Shown here in pieces: positions 9,098-18,471 of a stretch of DNA of 64,000 nt. How positions within the stretch are numbered: position 1 is the first letter of the stretch; each line of letters begins with the position of its first letter. The notes beneath the pieces were generated by a model, which made no database searches, was not told where the DNA came from, and saw only the letters and a list, made by a program, of their open reading frames with translations. The stretch is from an uncultured Alphaproteobacteria bacterium (lineage in GTDB: Bacteria > Pseudomonadota > Alphaproteobacteria > Rhizobiales > Hyphomicrobiaceae): contig CAWFZX010000016.1 in the NCBI GenBank assembly GCA_963820375.1, forward strand, positions 309,581 to 373,580, in the 5' to 3' direction. Both the position numbers and the translations under genes were made by a program.

Positions 9098-10438
9098 GTG
9101 CTCTATCACTGGTATGAGCTCGGTCGGGCTGCGTTCCGGCCGGCCCGGGCCGCCGCCAATTCCTGCCGCCTGTTTTTCAATCCGCTCAATCCGTTGACGC
9201 ACACGCCGGTCGGCCGCAGTGCGGTTGCCGCCTGCGAGGTGTTTGAACGCGCAACGCGCCGCTATCCCAAGCCGGAGTTTGCCATTAGCCACACCCAAGT
9301 GCGCGGTCGAACCGTGAAAGTCACGGAGGAAACCGTCTGGCAAACGTCCTTTTGCCGTCTGCTGCGTTTTCGCCGAGACATCGATCCCAATGAGGCGGCG
9401 CGGGACCCGCGCTTGCTGTTGGTCGCGCCCATGTCGGGCCACTTCGCCACCCTGTTGCGCGGGACGGTCGAAACCTTCCTGCCCGACCACGACGTCTACA
9501 TCACCGATTGGCAAGACGCGCGTACGGTGCCGCTGTCGGCGGGATCCTTTGACCTCGACGACTACATCGACACCATGATCGGCATGTTCCGCTTCTTCCA
9601 GGGCGATGTGCACGTCTTTGCCGTCTGTCAGCCGGCGGTGCCGGTGCTCGCCGCCACGGCCCTGATGGAGGAGGACGCCGATGCGAACGCGCCGCTGTCC
9701 CTGATCTTGGCGGGTGGGCCGATCGACACGCGCATCAACCAAACCGTGGTCAACGAACTGGCCGAGCGACGCGGCACCGATTGGTTCCGGCGCACGGTGG
9801 TGACCAATGTGCCCTGGCCGAGCCCTGGGCACGGCCGCATGGTCTATCCCGGTTTCCTGCAGCTCTCCGGCTTTATGACCATGAATCTCGACCGCCACAT
9901 GCAGGCGCAAAAGGACATGTTCGGTCACTTGGTGCGCGGCGACGGCAACTCGGCGGAAAAGCATCGGGAATTCTATGACGAATATTTGGCCGTGATGGAT
10001 CTCACGGCAGAGTTCTATCTGCAAACCGTCGATACCGTGTTCGTTGCGCACCTGCTGCCGCGCGGGCTGATGACGCATCGCGGTCGGCGCATCGATCTTG
10101 GCGCCATCAGCCGCCCGGCGCTGATGACCGTGGAAGGCGAGAAGGACGATATCACCGGTAGCGGGCAATGCCGCGCCGCCCTCGATCTGTGCACCGGCAT
10201 CGCCGAGGCGCGGAAGCTGCATTTCGAATGCCCAAGGGTCGGACACTACGGCATCTTCAATGGTTCGCGGTTTCGCGCCCAGATCGCGCCGCGCATCAGC
10301 GCATTCATGCGCGCGCATGACCCCTGCTCGGCCGCAGACCTGAGCATCGCCCAGCTCGAGCATATGGCGGCAATGCCGCGGCGCCGGCAACACGCAGCCG
10401 ATCTCGACGCCCTCGCCTTCAGTTTCGCGGCGCGCTGA
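9098..10438 (+). CDS. phaZ: Intracellular polyhydroxyalkanoate depolymerase
   Basis: 446 aa. N-terminus MLYHWYELGRAAFRPARAAA... and overall length match the intracellular PHB depolymerase (PhaZ) family. GTG start with a GGGGGA RBS. Confidence 0.8.
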   Translation: MLYHWYELGRAAFRPARAAANSCRLFFNPLNPLTHTPVGRSAVAACEVFERATRRYPKPEFAISHTQVRGRTVKVTEETVWQTSFCRLLRFRRDIDPNEAARDPRLLLVAPMSGHFATLLRGTVETFLPDHDVYITDWQDARTVPLSAGSFDLDDYIDTMIGMFRFFQGDVHVFAVCQPAVPVLAATALMEEDADANAPLSLILAGGPIDTRINQTVVNELAERRGTDWFRRTVVTNVPWPSPGHGRMVYPGFLQLSGFMTMNLDRHMQAQKDMFGHLVRGDGNSAEKHREFYDEYLAVMDLTAEFYLQTVDTVFVAHLLPRGLMTHRGRRIDLGAISRPALMTVEGEKDDITGSGQCRAALDLCTGIAEARKLHFECPRVGHYGIFNGSRFRAQIAPRISAFMRAHDPCSAADLSIAQLEHMAAMPRRRQHAADLDALAFSFAAR

Positions 10439-10606
10439 CCCACGCTTCTCGGGCGCTGTCAACCGGCCTCGTCGCGTCTGTCGCAGCGACGCCACAGCGC
10501 ATCGCGCAACGCGATTCTCGCCACTGTTCTGTTCGCAATATTTTGCTAGGCCAAGAGCATTCCTGTCGTGTGCGACATGAGGTGATTGCTTACTCATGCG
10601 CACTCC

Positions 10607-11413
10607 ATGGTCGCAAAAGGGGGGTTCACATTGCCGGCAGGCAAGAAAAAGTCCGTTGCGCTGAGAGTGCATGGCATCAGCGCGCCCATCGAAGTGCGGC
10701 GCCACCCGGGCGCACGCCGATTGACATTGCGCGTCAGCAATACCCGACGCTGGGTGGTGGTGACGTTGCCGGCGCAATGCCGCATGGAAGAGGCCGACCG
10801 GTTCTTGCGCTCCCACATCGAATGGGTGCGCGAACGGCTGGGCTCGGTGCCCGAGCCGGTTCCCTTCGTCGATGGGGCCTTGATCCCGCTGCGCGGAGCC
10901 ATGCACCGACTGCACTTCATCGGACCGCGCAGCGGCGGGCCGGTGGTGCGCGTGCGGGCCACGGCCAAAACGCCGACATTGGAAGTTGCGGGCCGGGTGG
11001 AACATGCCGCGCGGCGGCTGACGGACTGGCTGTTGCGGGAGGCGCGCGCGGATTTGCAGGCCTGTGCCTCCCGGCATGCGCGCCAGCTCGGCGTTCGCGT
11101 GCGGCGCATTTGCCTGCGCGATCAGACCACGCGCTGGGGCTCGTGTTCGACCAGCGGCTTGTTGTCGTTTTCCTGGCGTCTGATCCTCGCCCCAGCGCAC
11201 GTGCTCGACTATGTGGCGGCCCACGAGGTCGCGCATTTGCGCGAAATGAACCATGGGCCGCAATTTTGGAAGCTGGTCGCGCGCCTGATGCCGGAGCTCG
11301 ACGCGGCGCGACGTTGGTTGCGCCATGATGGTGCCGACCTGCATCGCTACGGCGCCGTCGACCGCAGCCCGCCACCGTCACCAGCCATCAAGTTTCAGCG
11401 CAGCACACTGTGA
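10607..11413 (+). CDS. M48/YgjP-like (DUF45) metal-dependent hydrolase
   Basis: HEVAHL zinc motif in YVAAHEVAHLREMNHGPQFW. YgjP-type N-terminal region (VRRHPGARRLTLRV). I take the start at the first ATG (10607) in an ORF that opens at TTG 10586. Confidence 0.75.
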   Translation: MVAKGGFTLPAGKKKSVALRVHGISAPIEVRRHPGARRLTLRVSNTRRWVVVTLPAQCRMEEADRFLRSHIEWVRERLGSVPEPVPFVDGALIPLRGAMHRLHFIGPRSGGPVVRVRATAKTPTLEVAGRVEHAARRLTDWLLREARADLQACASRHARQLGVRVRRICLRDQTTRWGSCSTSGLLSFSWRLILAPAHVLDYVAAHEVAHLREMNHGPQFWKLVARLMPELDAARRWLRHDGADLHRYGAVDRSPPPSPAIKFQRSTL

Positions 11414-13404
11414 TGGAACGCCGCCTCCGAGCCCTCCAGCGCACGCGCAGAAAAGTTGGGCGCAAGGCGCTGATTGGGGAGGATCGGCGGCGGCACTTCG
11501 GGCGCTGCCGCCGGGCGGCGGCCGCCCAGGGCGCCGGCTAGCGCTCGGGCCGGGAGGCCCTCGTGCGCGGCCGTCATGACGTCGTGCCACAACCGCGCCG
11601 GCAGGCTGCCGCCGGCCACCCTGCGCATGGGACGAGCATCGTCGTTGCCGACCCACACTCCAGCGACGAGCTGGCCCGTATAGCCGACGAACCAGGCATC
11701 GCGAAAATCCTGAGAAGTGCCGGTCTTGCCGGCGCAGGCGTGTTCGGCGAGGGCGGCACGCCGGCCGGTGCCGCCGCTCACCACGCTCATCAGCATATCG
11801 GTGAGCGCGCTGGCGGTCGCCGGCGCCACTACCGTTTTGTCGCCCTCGGGTTTGCGTTCGAACAGCAGCCGACCCGAGCCCGTGCGCACGCGCTGGATGA
11901 TGTGGGGCTCGAGCGCGCGCCCACCATGGGCGAGGACGCCGTAGGCTCCGGTCAGCTCCAGCAATGTCACCTCGGAGGTGCCGAGTGCCAGCGAGGCATC
12001 CTGGCGCAGCTCAGAGCGGATGCCGAGGCGGCGCGCCGCCGCCACCGTCCTGGCCGCTCCGACCGTAAGGTGGAGCCGCGCGGTCGCCGCGTTCATGGAA
12101 TGGGCAAGCGCCTCCCGCAGCGTGACGGCACCGCGATAGCCGGCTCCTTCATTGCGCGGGCTCCAGCCCGATCCCAACAGCGGCAGGTCCTGGACCACGC
12201 TGTCCGGGCTGAGCCCGCTCTCGAGGGCGGCCAGGTACACGAACATCTTGAAGGCGGACCCCGGCTGCCGCTTGGCCTTCAACGCGCGATTAAACTGGCT
12301 TTCGGCATAATCGCGACCGCCGACAATGCTGCGGATCGCGCCATCCAAATCGAGCACGATCAGCGCCGCCTGATTGGCGTCGAGCGCGCGCGCTTCCCCG
12401 CGCATCAGGTCATGGACGATCGTTTGGCTACGCTGCTGCAGGGCGCCGTCGATGGTCGTGTCGACGATCAGATCCTCCTGCGCGTGTTCGGCGACCAGCA
12501 TCGGCAGACGTTCCAGGACGGCATCGATCGCATAATCGCTGCCGGCCGGCCGCTGCCTGGCCAAGCCGGCGAAACGCACCGGAGTGCGCGCCACCTGCTC
12601 GCCCCTTGCCGCATCCAGGTGTCCCGCTTCCACCATCTTGGCGAGCACGCTGCGAGCCCGAGCGCGGGCGAGCACCGGGCTCGATGCGGGCGAGAACCGC
12701 GACGGCGCCTTCAGCACACCGGCAAGCATCGCCGACTCGGCGAGTGTCAATCTTTGTGCTGATTTATCGAAGAAGCGTTGGGCTGCGGCTTCGATGCCGT
12801 AGGCGCCAGCTCCGAAATAAACGCGATTGAGATAGAGCTCAAGGATATCGTGCTTGCTGAGGCGGAGTTCGAGCCAGAGCGCCAGCACCAGTTCGCCGAA
12901 TTTGCGCGTCAAAGTGCGCTCGGGGCCAAGGAAGAGATTCTTGGCGAGCTGCTGGGAGATTGTCGAGCCACCCTGCACCAGCCGACCGACGCGCAGATTG
13001 GTCAGTGCCGCTCGCGCGACACCTGCCAAATCGACGCCCCAATGCTCGAAAAAGCGGCGATCTTCGGTGGCGACGATGGCATCGATAAGGTGCTGGGGAA
13101 GTAAGTCGATCGGCACATAGGGATCATCGCCGCCACGTCTACTGATGAGTTGGCCGTCGCGCGCCAGGATCGCCACGACGGGCGTCGCCTCTTTGCGGCG
13201 CAGCTGGATCGGATCGGGAATGGCGACTGTGAAAAAGGCAAAGGCGCAAGCGAGCATGACGCTCAAGGGAAGTCCCAAGTAGATGGCAGCAAGCAAGAGG
13301 AAGCGGAATTCCCAGGGCAGGCGCTTGAAGAGCGTGCGCCGACGCGCCGACGGGCGCGGCGCGCGCGCCGCTTTGCCCGATCGCGACCGACGCAACAGTC
13401 CCAT
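11395..13404 (-). CDS. Class A penicillin-binding protein (bifunctional glycosyltransferase/transpeptidase, PBP1A family)
   Basis: GT51 motifs EDRRFFEHWGVD and GGSTISQQLAKN. Transpeptidase motifs SAFK, SMN, KTGT. The track ORF opens at TTG 13524; ATG 13404 (MGLLRRSR... followed by a TM anchor) is more plausible. Confidence 0.85.
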   Translation of the reverse strand: MGLLRRSRSGKAARAPRPSARRRTLFKRLPWEFRFLLLAAIYLGLPLSVMLACAFAFFTVAIPDPIQLRRKEATPVVAILARDGQLISRRGGDDPYVPIDLLPQHLIDAIVATEDRRFFEHWGVDLAGVARAALTNLRVGRLVQGGSTISQQLAKNLFLGPERTLTRKFGELVLALWLELRLSKHDILELYLNRVYFGAGAYGIEAAAQRFFDKSAQRLTLAESAMLAGVLKAPSRFSPASSPVLARARARSVLAKMVEAGHLDAARGEQVARTPVRFAGLARQRPAGSDYAIDAVLERLPMLVAEHAQEDLIVDTTIDGALQQRSQTIVHDLMRGEARALDANQAALIVLDLDGAIRSIVGGRDYAESQFNRALKAKRQPGSAFKMFVYLAALESGLSPDSVVQDLPLLGSGWSPRNEGAGYRGAVTLREALAHSMNAATARLHLTVGAARTVAAARRLGIRSELRQDASLALGTSEVTLLELTGAYGVLAHGGRALEPHIIQRVRTGSGRLLFERKPEGDKTVVAPATASALTDMLMSVVSGGTGRRAALAEHACAGKTGTSQDFRDAWFVGYTGQLVAGVWVGNDDARPMRRVAGGSLPARLWHDVMTAAHEGLPARALAGALGGRRPAAAPEVPPPILPNQRLAPNFSARALEGSEAAFHHSVLR

Positions 13405-13631
13405 GGCTGCCGCCAACCTCACGCCAACTGGTGCCGGCGGCGCTGCCGGCGCGTCCAGGTTAGGGCTGGCGCATGAAGAGGCGGTTAACTGTCGCTGGCG
13501 GTACGGCGATAGCCATCTTTTCAAGGATCGGTTGCCTGGCGCACAAGCTATCGCCGCGGCGGAGCGGACACGTTAGGCTGTGGCGCCGATGTGCCCCAAT
13601 TTCCGCCGATTGCCCCGCTTCCTTCGCCGCG

Positions 13632-13684
13632 TTGCAAGACAAACTGCAAGGCATAACTGCAAAGACAAAACTGCAAGACAAAGG
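13632..13684 (+). repeat. A-rich imperfect tandem repeat (about 13 nt x 3.5, core CTGCAAG) in the formamidase leader
   Basis: ttGCAAGACaaaCTGCAAGgcataaCTGCAAAGACaaaaCTGCAAGACaaagg, ending 8 nt before the ATG at 13692. Locally low GC. Confidence 0.8.
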
Positions 13685-13691
13685 CCAGCCC

Positions 13692-14639
13692 ATGCCAAGC
13701 ACCACCCACCGTCTGGATGCCGGACCCGAGACCGTGCATTGGGGCTATTTCGATGCCAAGCTACCAGCTGTGCTCAGTATCGCCAGCGGAGACAGCGTCG
13801 TCATCTCGACCGTCTCGGGCGGTCGCGAGGTGATGCCGCCGCCGCCGCTCGTCGTTCCGGCTGCGCTGAGTGCCATTCAGGCGACGCGGCAGCCCAAACT
13901 GCCGGGCCACATCTGCACCGGTCCGGTGGCGATCAAGGGTGCCAAGGCCGGCCAGGTGCTCGAGGTGCGCATCAAGGACATCACGCTCGCTTACGACTGG
14001 GGCTACAATTTTTCCGGGCCCTTGACGGGCGCGCTGCCGGACGATTTTCCCGAGCGTCATCTGATGCACATCACGCTCGATCGGCAAAAGCTGACCGGCC
14101 GACTGCCGTGGGGGGGTGAGCTGCCGCTGCGCCCCTTTTTCGGAGTCATGGCCGTGGCACCGCCGGCGGCCTGGGGTAGTGTTTCCACGCTGCCGCCGCG
14201 AAGAAATGGCGGCAATCTCGACAACAAGGAGCTGGTTGCCGGCACCACGCTTTATCTGCCGATCCACGTTGACGAGGCGCTGTTCTCGGTCGGCGATGGC
14301 CACGGTGCGCAAGGCGACGGCGAGGTCTGCGTCACGGCGATCGAGACAGGTCTGATCGGCACCTTCGAGCTGACCGTGCGCCCCGACCTGCGCCTCGATT
14401 GGCCGCGCGCCGAGACACCGACGCACGTCATGACCATGGCGTTCGACCCCGACCTCGACACCTGCGTGGTCATCGCTTTGCGCCAAATGCTCGATCTCGT
14501 CGCCAGCCAGACCGGGCTCACGGCCCAGCAGGCCTACGCCTTGTGCAGCCTGGCCGCCGATGTGCGCATCACCCAGGTCGTGAACGGTGCCAAAGGCGTG
14601 CACGTGATGCTCGATAAGCGGCATCTGGCGCCGCTTTGA
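13692..14639 (+). CDS. Acetamidase/formamidase family protein
   Basis: 315 aa from the internal ATG (MPSTTHRLDAGPETVHWGYFD...). Family blocks GNLDNKEL and FSVGDGHGAQGDGEV. Confidence 0.8.
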   Translation: MPSTTHRLDAGPETVHWGYFDAKLPAVLSIASGDSVVISTVSGGREVMPPPPLVVPAALSAIQATRQPKLPGHICTGPVAIKGAKAGQVLEVRIKDITLAYDWGYNFSGPLTGALPDDFPERHLMHITLDRQKLTGRLPWGGELPLRPFFGVMAVAPPAAWGSVSTLPPRRNGGNLDNKELVAGTTLYLPIHVDEALFSVGDGHGAQGDGEVCVTAIETGLIGTFELTVRPDLRLDWPRAETPTHVMTMAFDPDLDTCVVIALRQMLDLVASQTGLTAQQAYALCSLAADVRITQVVNGAKGVHVMLDKRHLAPL

Positions 14640-14732
14640 CCGCGCGGCTCGCCGGCGGCCCCGCGCGCACATTGCAATGGCGCAGGCGGCTCGCTACACC
14701 CAAAGGCACTGCCTGCCGAAAAGGTTGACCCG

Positions 14733-14984
14733 ATGAGCGACACCCCGCCAGACCGCCTCTCAGCCGATGCCAGCAGTCCTTACTACGATGCCGCCCTGCT
14801 GGAGCGCGGAGTCGGCGTGCGCTTTAAGGGCGTGGAAAAGAACAACGTCGAAGAATACTGCGTCAGCGAAGGTTGGGTCAGGCTGGCCGTGGGATCGACC
14901 AAGGACCGCCACGGCCGACCGCTGACGATCAAGCTCACGGGCGCGGTCGAGCCCTACTTCCGCAGCAGCGGTGGCGGCAGCTAG
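14733..14984 (+). CDS. DUF3297 family protein
   Basis: 83 aa. MSDTPPDRLS...RGVGVRFKGVEKNNVEEYCVSEGWVRLAVG...KLTGAVEPYF matches my recollection of the DUF3297 family. Confidence 0.65.
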   Translation: MSDTPPDRLSADASSPYYDAALLERGVGVRFKGVEKNNVEEYCVSEGWVRLAVGSTKDRHGRPLTIKLTGAVEPYFRSSGGGS

Positions 14985-15016
14985 CTGGCGCTGGCGCGCT
15001 CGCTGGCTCGAGGGGC

Positions 15017-15667
15017 TTAGGGATAAAGCAGCGCTTTGTGCCAGGCTCCCATGCCCTCGCGCCGGAAGGCAACGCGCTCATGCAACCGGAACGGACGGTC
15101 GTGCCAGAACTCCAGCTCGAGCGGGGTTAGGCGAAATCCCGACCAGTACGGCGGGCGCGGGATGTCGCCGATCAGATATTTGGCGGTCGTGGCCGCGACC
15201 GCTTTCTCCAGGGCGAAGCGGCTTTCGAGTGGGCGGGATTGCTGCGAGGCCCAGGCGCCGATCCGACTGCCGCGCGGCCGCGTGGCGAAATAGGCGTCGG
15301 CCTCCCTTGCGTCGACGACCGTCACCGTGCCGCGAATGCGCACTTGTCGGCGCAGTGACTTCCAATGGAAGTTGAGGGCGGCCAGCTTGGTGGCGAGCAG
15401 TTCGCGGCCCTTGGCGCTTTCGAAATTCGTGTAAAAGACAAAGCCGCGCGCGGGATGCGCCGGCGGATCGAGGCCCTTGAGCAGCACGATGCGCAGGTTG
15501 GGCAGGCCGGCCGCATCGACGGTTGCCAGCGCCATCGCATTGGCGTCGCTGGGCTCGCCGGCGCTCGCTTCAGCAAACCAGCTCTCAAACAGGGCAAAGG
15601 GGTCGTGGGCTTGTGCGAAATCGCCGGCCGGCTGCCCGGTGGGGTCGTTCGCCTTCTCCTCGGCCAT
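15017..15667 (-). CDS. pdxH: Pyridoxamine 5'-phosphate oxidase
   Basis: 216 aa. Blocks [44 protein letters not shown] and a C-terminal LLYP. Confidence 0.9.
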   Translation of the reverse strand: MAEEKANDPTGQPAGDFAQAHDPFALFESWFAEASAGEPSDANAMALATVDAAGLPNLRIVLLKGLDPPAHPARGFVFYTNFESAKGRELLATKLAALNFHWKSLRRQVRIRGTVTVVDAREADAYFATRPRGSRIGAWASQQSRPLESRFALEKAVAATTAKYLIGDIPRPPYWSGFRLTPLELEFWHDRPFRLHERVAFRREGMGAWHKALLYP

Positions 15668-15790
15668 GGCGGTCGTGCTCGCTGGTTGGCGTTTAGGCGC
15701 TGTTAACCACGCTAGTCCACAGTCGGGCGGGGCGCTGCCACAGCCCCACAGTTGCGCCGGTTGCGGGCGGATCCGACTTGTGAGTAGGTC

Positions 15791-16210
15791 ATGCGTTGCT
15801 CAGCATATCTCGCCTCGCTGGCGGCTGGAATGGCCGCTCTTCTCCTCGCCACCAGTGCTCACCTTGATCCCGCGCAGGCGACCGGGTCGGCACTTTTCGG
15901 CATCGGCGTTGAGCCCTCGGCGGACTTAAAACGCAGCGGCCACGAGCGCCATCTCGACGAAGATGATGAGATTGCCGCCCTCGAAGCCATTCGCGTGGCG
16001 CTGACGGAAGTCGGCGATGGCTCTGCCTATGTCTGGCATCGCCGCAGCGGCCAGCTGAGCGGACTGGTGCAGCCGACGCAATCCTTCAAGGACCTGGCGG
16101 GAAGGGTATGCCGCCAACTCATCGTCATCCTGAGCGCGGGCCAGCGCTCGGGAAGATTTGAAGGCACGGCCTGCCGTCTGGCGAGCGGGCGTTGGCAGCT
16201 CGAGGGTTAG
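15791..16210 (+). CDS. Small secreted surface-antigen-like protein (RT0821/Lpp0805-like)
   Basis: Signal peptide. Pattern [13 protein letters not shown]...VW....G..G.V.P...F......CR.........G.ACR...G.W. Confidence 0.55.
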   Translation: MRCSAYLASLAAGMAALLLATSAHLDPAQATGSALFGIGVEPSADLKRSGHERHLDEDDEIAALEAIRVALTEVGDGSAYVWHRRSGQLSGLVQPTQSFKDLAGRVCRQLIVILSAGQRSGRFEGTACRLASGRWQLEG

Positions 16211-16225
16211 CGGGAGCCCCAATTC

Positions 16226-16582
16226 GTGATGGCGGGAAAGAACGTGATGAATGCCAATGGCGGCTGCCGGCGCCGCTGGCTGAGGCTGTGCGGGCTGGCG
16301 CTGAGCTTTGCCGCCCTTGCACCTGACCCGGCGACGGCCGCGCGCTTCAAGCTGCGGCTGCGCGCGAGCCATGGCGAGCCCTTCAGCGCCGGCCGAGCCG
16401 ATCCTCCCAGCGAGCGGAGCGAGACCCGCGCACTGGCCAAACCCAAGCCCGCGGGCGCGGCCGAGGCCGCGGCGGCGCGGGCCCGGGCGGCCTTGGCCGC
16501 GGAACAGGCGGGGCGGGAGGCCGTGCCCGCCGGTCCGGCCATCAGCTCCGACCGCGCCACGATCTGCATCGCCGGCTGCTGA
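16226..16582 (+). CDS. Hypothetical secreted Ala/Pro-rich protein ending in ...ICIAGC
   Basis: GC3-rich frame and a signal-like N-terminus (RRRWLRLCGLALSFAALAPDPATAA). GTG 16226 or ATG 16229. I recognise no family. Confidence 0.5.
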   Translation: MMAGKNVMNANGGCRRRWLRLCGLALSFAALAPDPATAARFKLRLRASHGEPFSAGRADPPSERSETRALAKPKPAGAAEAAAARARAALAAEQAGREAVPAGPAISSDRATICIAGC

Positions 16583-16779
16583 GCCGACGCTTGGCTGCGG
16601 CCGGGCTTGGTCGGTCTGGGCCGGTCCGGCCGCGCCGGCGGGAGTTGGGGGCGCTGTCGGGGACCGACCCCCGCCATGATTGCGGGTAAAAACCTCGCCC
16701 GGCAGGGCATTGAGGGACTGGACCAATGCCGCGGGACCAGGCAGAGATGAGGGAGGCCCGTTCCTTCTGCAGCGTGGCA

Positions 16780-17193
16780 ATGACGACCCGACACCACTTG
16801 GCGATGATCGCCGTCATCTGGCTCCTGTCTGCGGCACCCGCCGCGGCCCAGGCGGCCGCAGTCGATTGTCGGGCGTCCAGGATGACAGCGGCGGAAATTG
16901 CCATCTGTGCCGATGCCAACCTGGTGCGCCTGGACGACCAGCTGAGCCGCCGACTGTCGCGGGCATCGCGTCAACTGGCGTTCGGGCCCTACGTTGGCTT
17001 GCGCGTCTGGCAAAGCGACTGGCGACAGCAGCGTGCCGAATGCAGCGCCGACCGCGCTTGTCTGGCAACCGCCTACAACGAGGCCAACCGCTTCCTCGAC
17101 CGTCTACAGCGCTGCCTCGGCACCAGCCTGCGCGGGCGCCGCTGCCTGCCTGTTAGCGTGGATGCAGAGCGCTCGGTGGTGCGTCGGCCCTGA
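16780..17193 (+). CDS. LprI-like (DUF1311) lysozyme-inhibitor family protein
   Basis: Signal peptide MTTRHHLAMIAVIWLLSAAPAAAQ, then C...T.AE.AICAD..L..LD..L, the typical LprI N-terminal pattern. Start at the internal ATG 16780. Confidence 0.6.
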   Translation: MTTRHHLAMIAVIWLLSAAPAAAQAAAVDCRASRMTAAEIAICADANLVRLDDQLSRRLSRASRQLAFGPYVGLRVWQSDWRQQRAECSADRACLATAYNEANRFLDRLQRCLGTSLRGRRCLPVSVDAERSVVRRP

Positions 17194-17206
17194 GCGGTGT
17201 TCCGCG

Positions 17207-17812
17207 CTATTTCGCCTTCTCCAGCATGGCCTCGACATACTCCCAATTCACCAGATTGTCGAAGAAGGCCTCCAGATATTTCGGTCGGGCATTGCGATAG
17301 TCGATGTAATAACTGTGCTCCCACACGTCGACGCCGAGGATCGGCGTGGCGCCGTGCATCAACGGGTTCTCGCCATTGGGCGTCTTTTGCACCTCGAGCT
17401 TACCGCTCTTGACGGCCAGCCAGGCCCAGCCCGAGCCGAACTGGGACACGCCCGCCTGCACAAAATCGCTGCGCATCTTATCGAAGCCGCCGAGGTCCTT
17501 GTCGACCATCGTCTGCAGCTTGCCCGGCAGCTTCTTGCCGCCACCGCCCTTTTTCATCCACTGCCAGAAATGGATGTGATTGTAGTGCTGGCCGATATTG
17601 TTGACGACCGGCGCGTCTTTCGCCGCGAAGGCCTCGCGGCAGATCTCCTCGATGCTCTTGCCATCGTATTTGGTGCCCGGGCCGGCAAATTTGTTGCCAT
17701 TGTCGACGTAGGCTTGATGATGCTTGTCGTGGTGAAACTCGAGCGTCTCCTTGGACATGTGCGGGCTGAGCGCGTCGTAGGCATAAGGCAGTTCGGGGAG
17801 CTTGAACGTCAC
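17207..17812 (-). CDS. sodB: Fe/Mn superoxide dismutase
   Basis: GTG start 7 nt after GGAG. MTFKLPELPYAYDAL..., HHDKHH, FGSGWAWL, DVWEHSYYIDY. 201 aa. The upstream part of the 409-aa track ORF is not protein-like. Confidence 0.9.
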   Translation of the reverse strand: MTFKLPELPYAYDALSPHMSKETLEFHHDKHHQAYVDNGNKFAGPGTKYDGKSIEEICREAFAAKDAPVVNNIGQHYNHIHFWQWMKKGGGGKKLPGKLQTMVDKDLGGFDKMRSDFVQAGVSQFGSGWAWLAVKSGKLEVQKTPNGENPLMHGATPILGVDVWEHSYYIDYRNARPKYLEAFFDNLVNWEYVEAMLEKAK

Positions 17813-18282
17813 GGCGAGACTCCGTTGCGCTTGTGCTGGGGGATCGGGGCTGCGCCACACCGTACCCAGACGGGGCCTGCAAGACAAGCGCGCGGCCTTC
17901 GGCAACAGGCATGGGCTTGGTTGGGCTGCCGCCGCGGTGTCGCCCTTGCCGGGGCGCAGCGGGTATCGCCGCCGTCGGGTTTGCCGGCATGGCCGATATC
18001 GGCCGACCAGGTCGCGAGCGCTTCTCGCCGCCGTCACCTTGCAAGACATTCTCGATTCCAGCGCTGAAGGTGCGGGCGCGCCGAAACCTTGTCGACGCGC
18101 AGCAGACGGTGCTGCGTCTGCGCAGGCACCCCATGCGCAACTCACCCCGCTGATTGTCGCCAAGCTGGCAGAAGCCTTGCCGACGCCGCCGCACCCGCGA
18201 CGCACAAGTCTCGGAAAGAACACGAGCGGGCAGTTTTGCGGCATGGCCCTTTCAGCTCTAGCGGCAGCGGGCAATCCCAGCT

Positions 18283-18303
18283 TGTCCACAGCCTGTCCAC
18301 AGC
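18283..18303. repeat. Adjacent direct repeat TGTCCACAGC x2
   Basis: cttGTCCACAGCcTGTCCACAGCttg, inside a 660-bp gap with no credible ORF. Confidence 0.8.
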
Positions 18304-18471
18304 TTGCCAGGCCAAAACGCGAAGCGCGTCTGCCGAGAGGATGAGGCGCGCGGGGCATCCCTTTGCCGGCCCCAGCGCGCTCAGCGCCCACGACCGCGCA
18401 CGAGCAATGCGCACAAATCTGGCCGGAGCTTGGCACGACCGCGCAAGCGCGCTGCCGGGGCGGCCTAGGCC

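Noticed and set aside
9032-11344. 770-aa minus-strand ORF
   Set aside because: It is antisense to phaZ and the YgjP-like gene. Its translation is Arg/Ala/Gly/His-rich with no motifs. This is a typical shadow ORF in GC-rich DNA, and the sense-strand genes have clear family signatures.
17813-18436. N-terminal extension of the sodB ORF (409 aa in the track)
   Set aside because: SOD homology begins exactly at GTG 17812, preceded by GGAG. The upstream 200 codons are not protein-like.
18431-18448. Sigma-54-like TGGCAC element
   Set aside because: The -12 element is wrong (TGGCACGACCGCGCA rather than TGGCAC-N5-TTGC), and it points into the antisense of the tadG-like gene.
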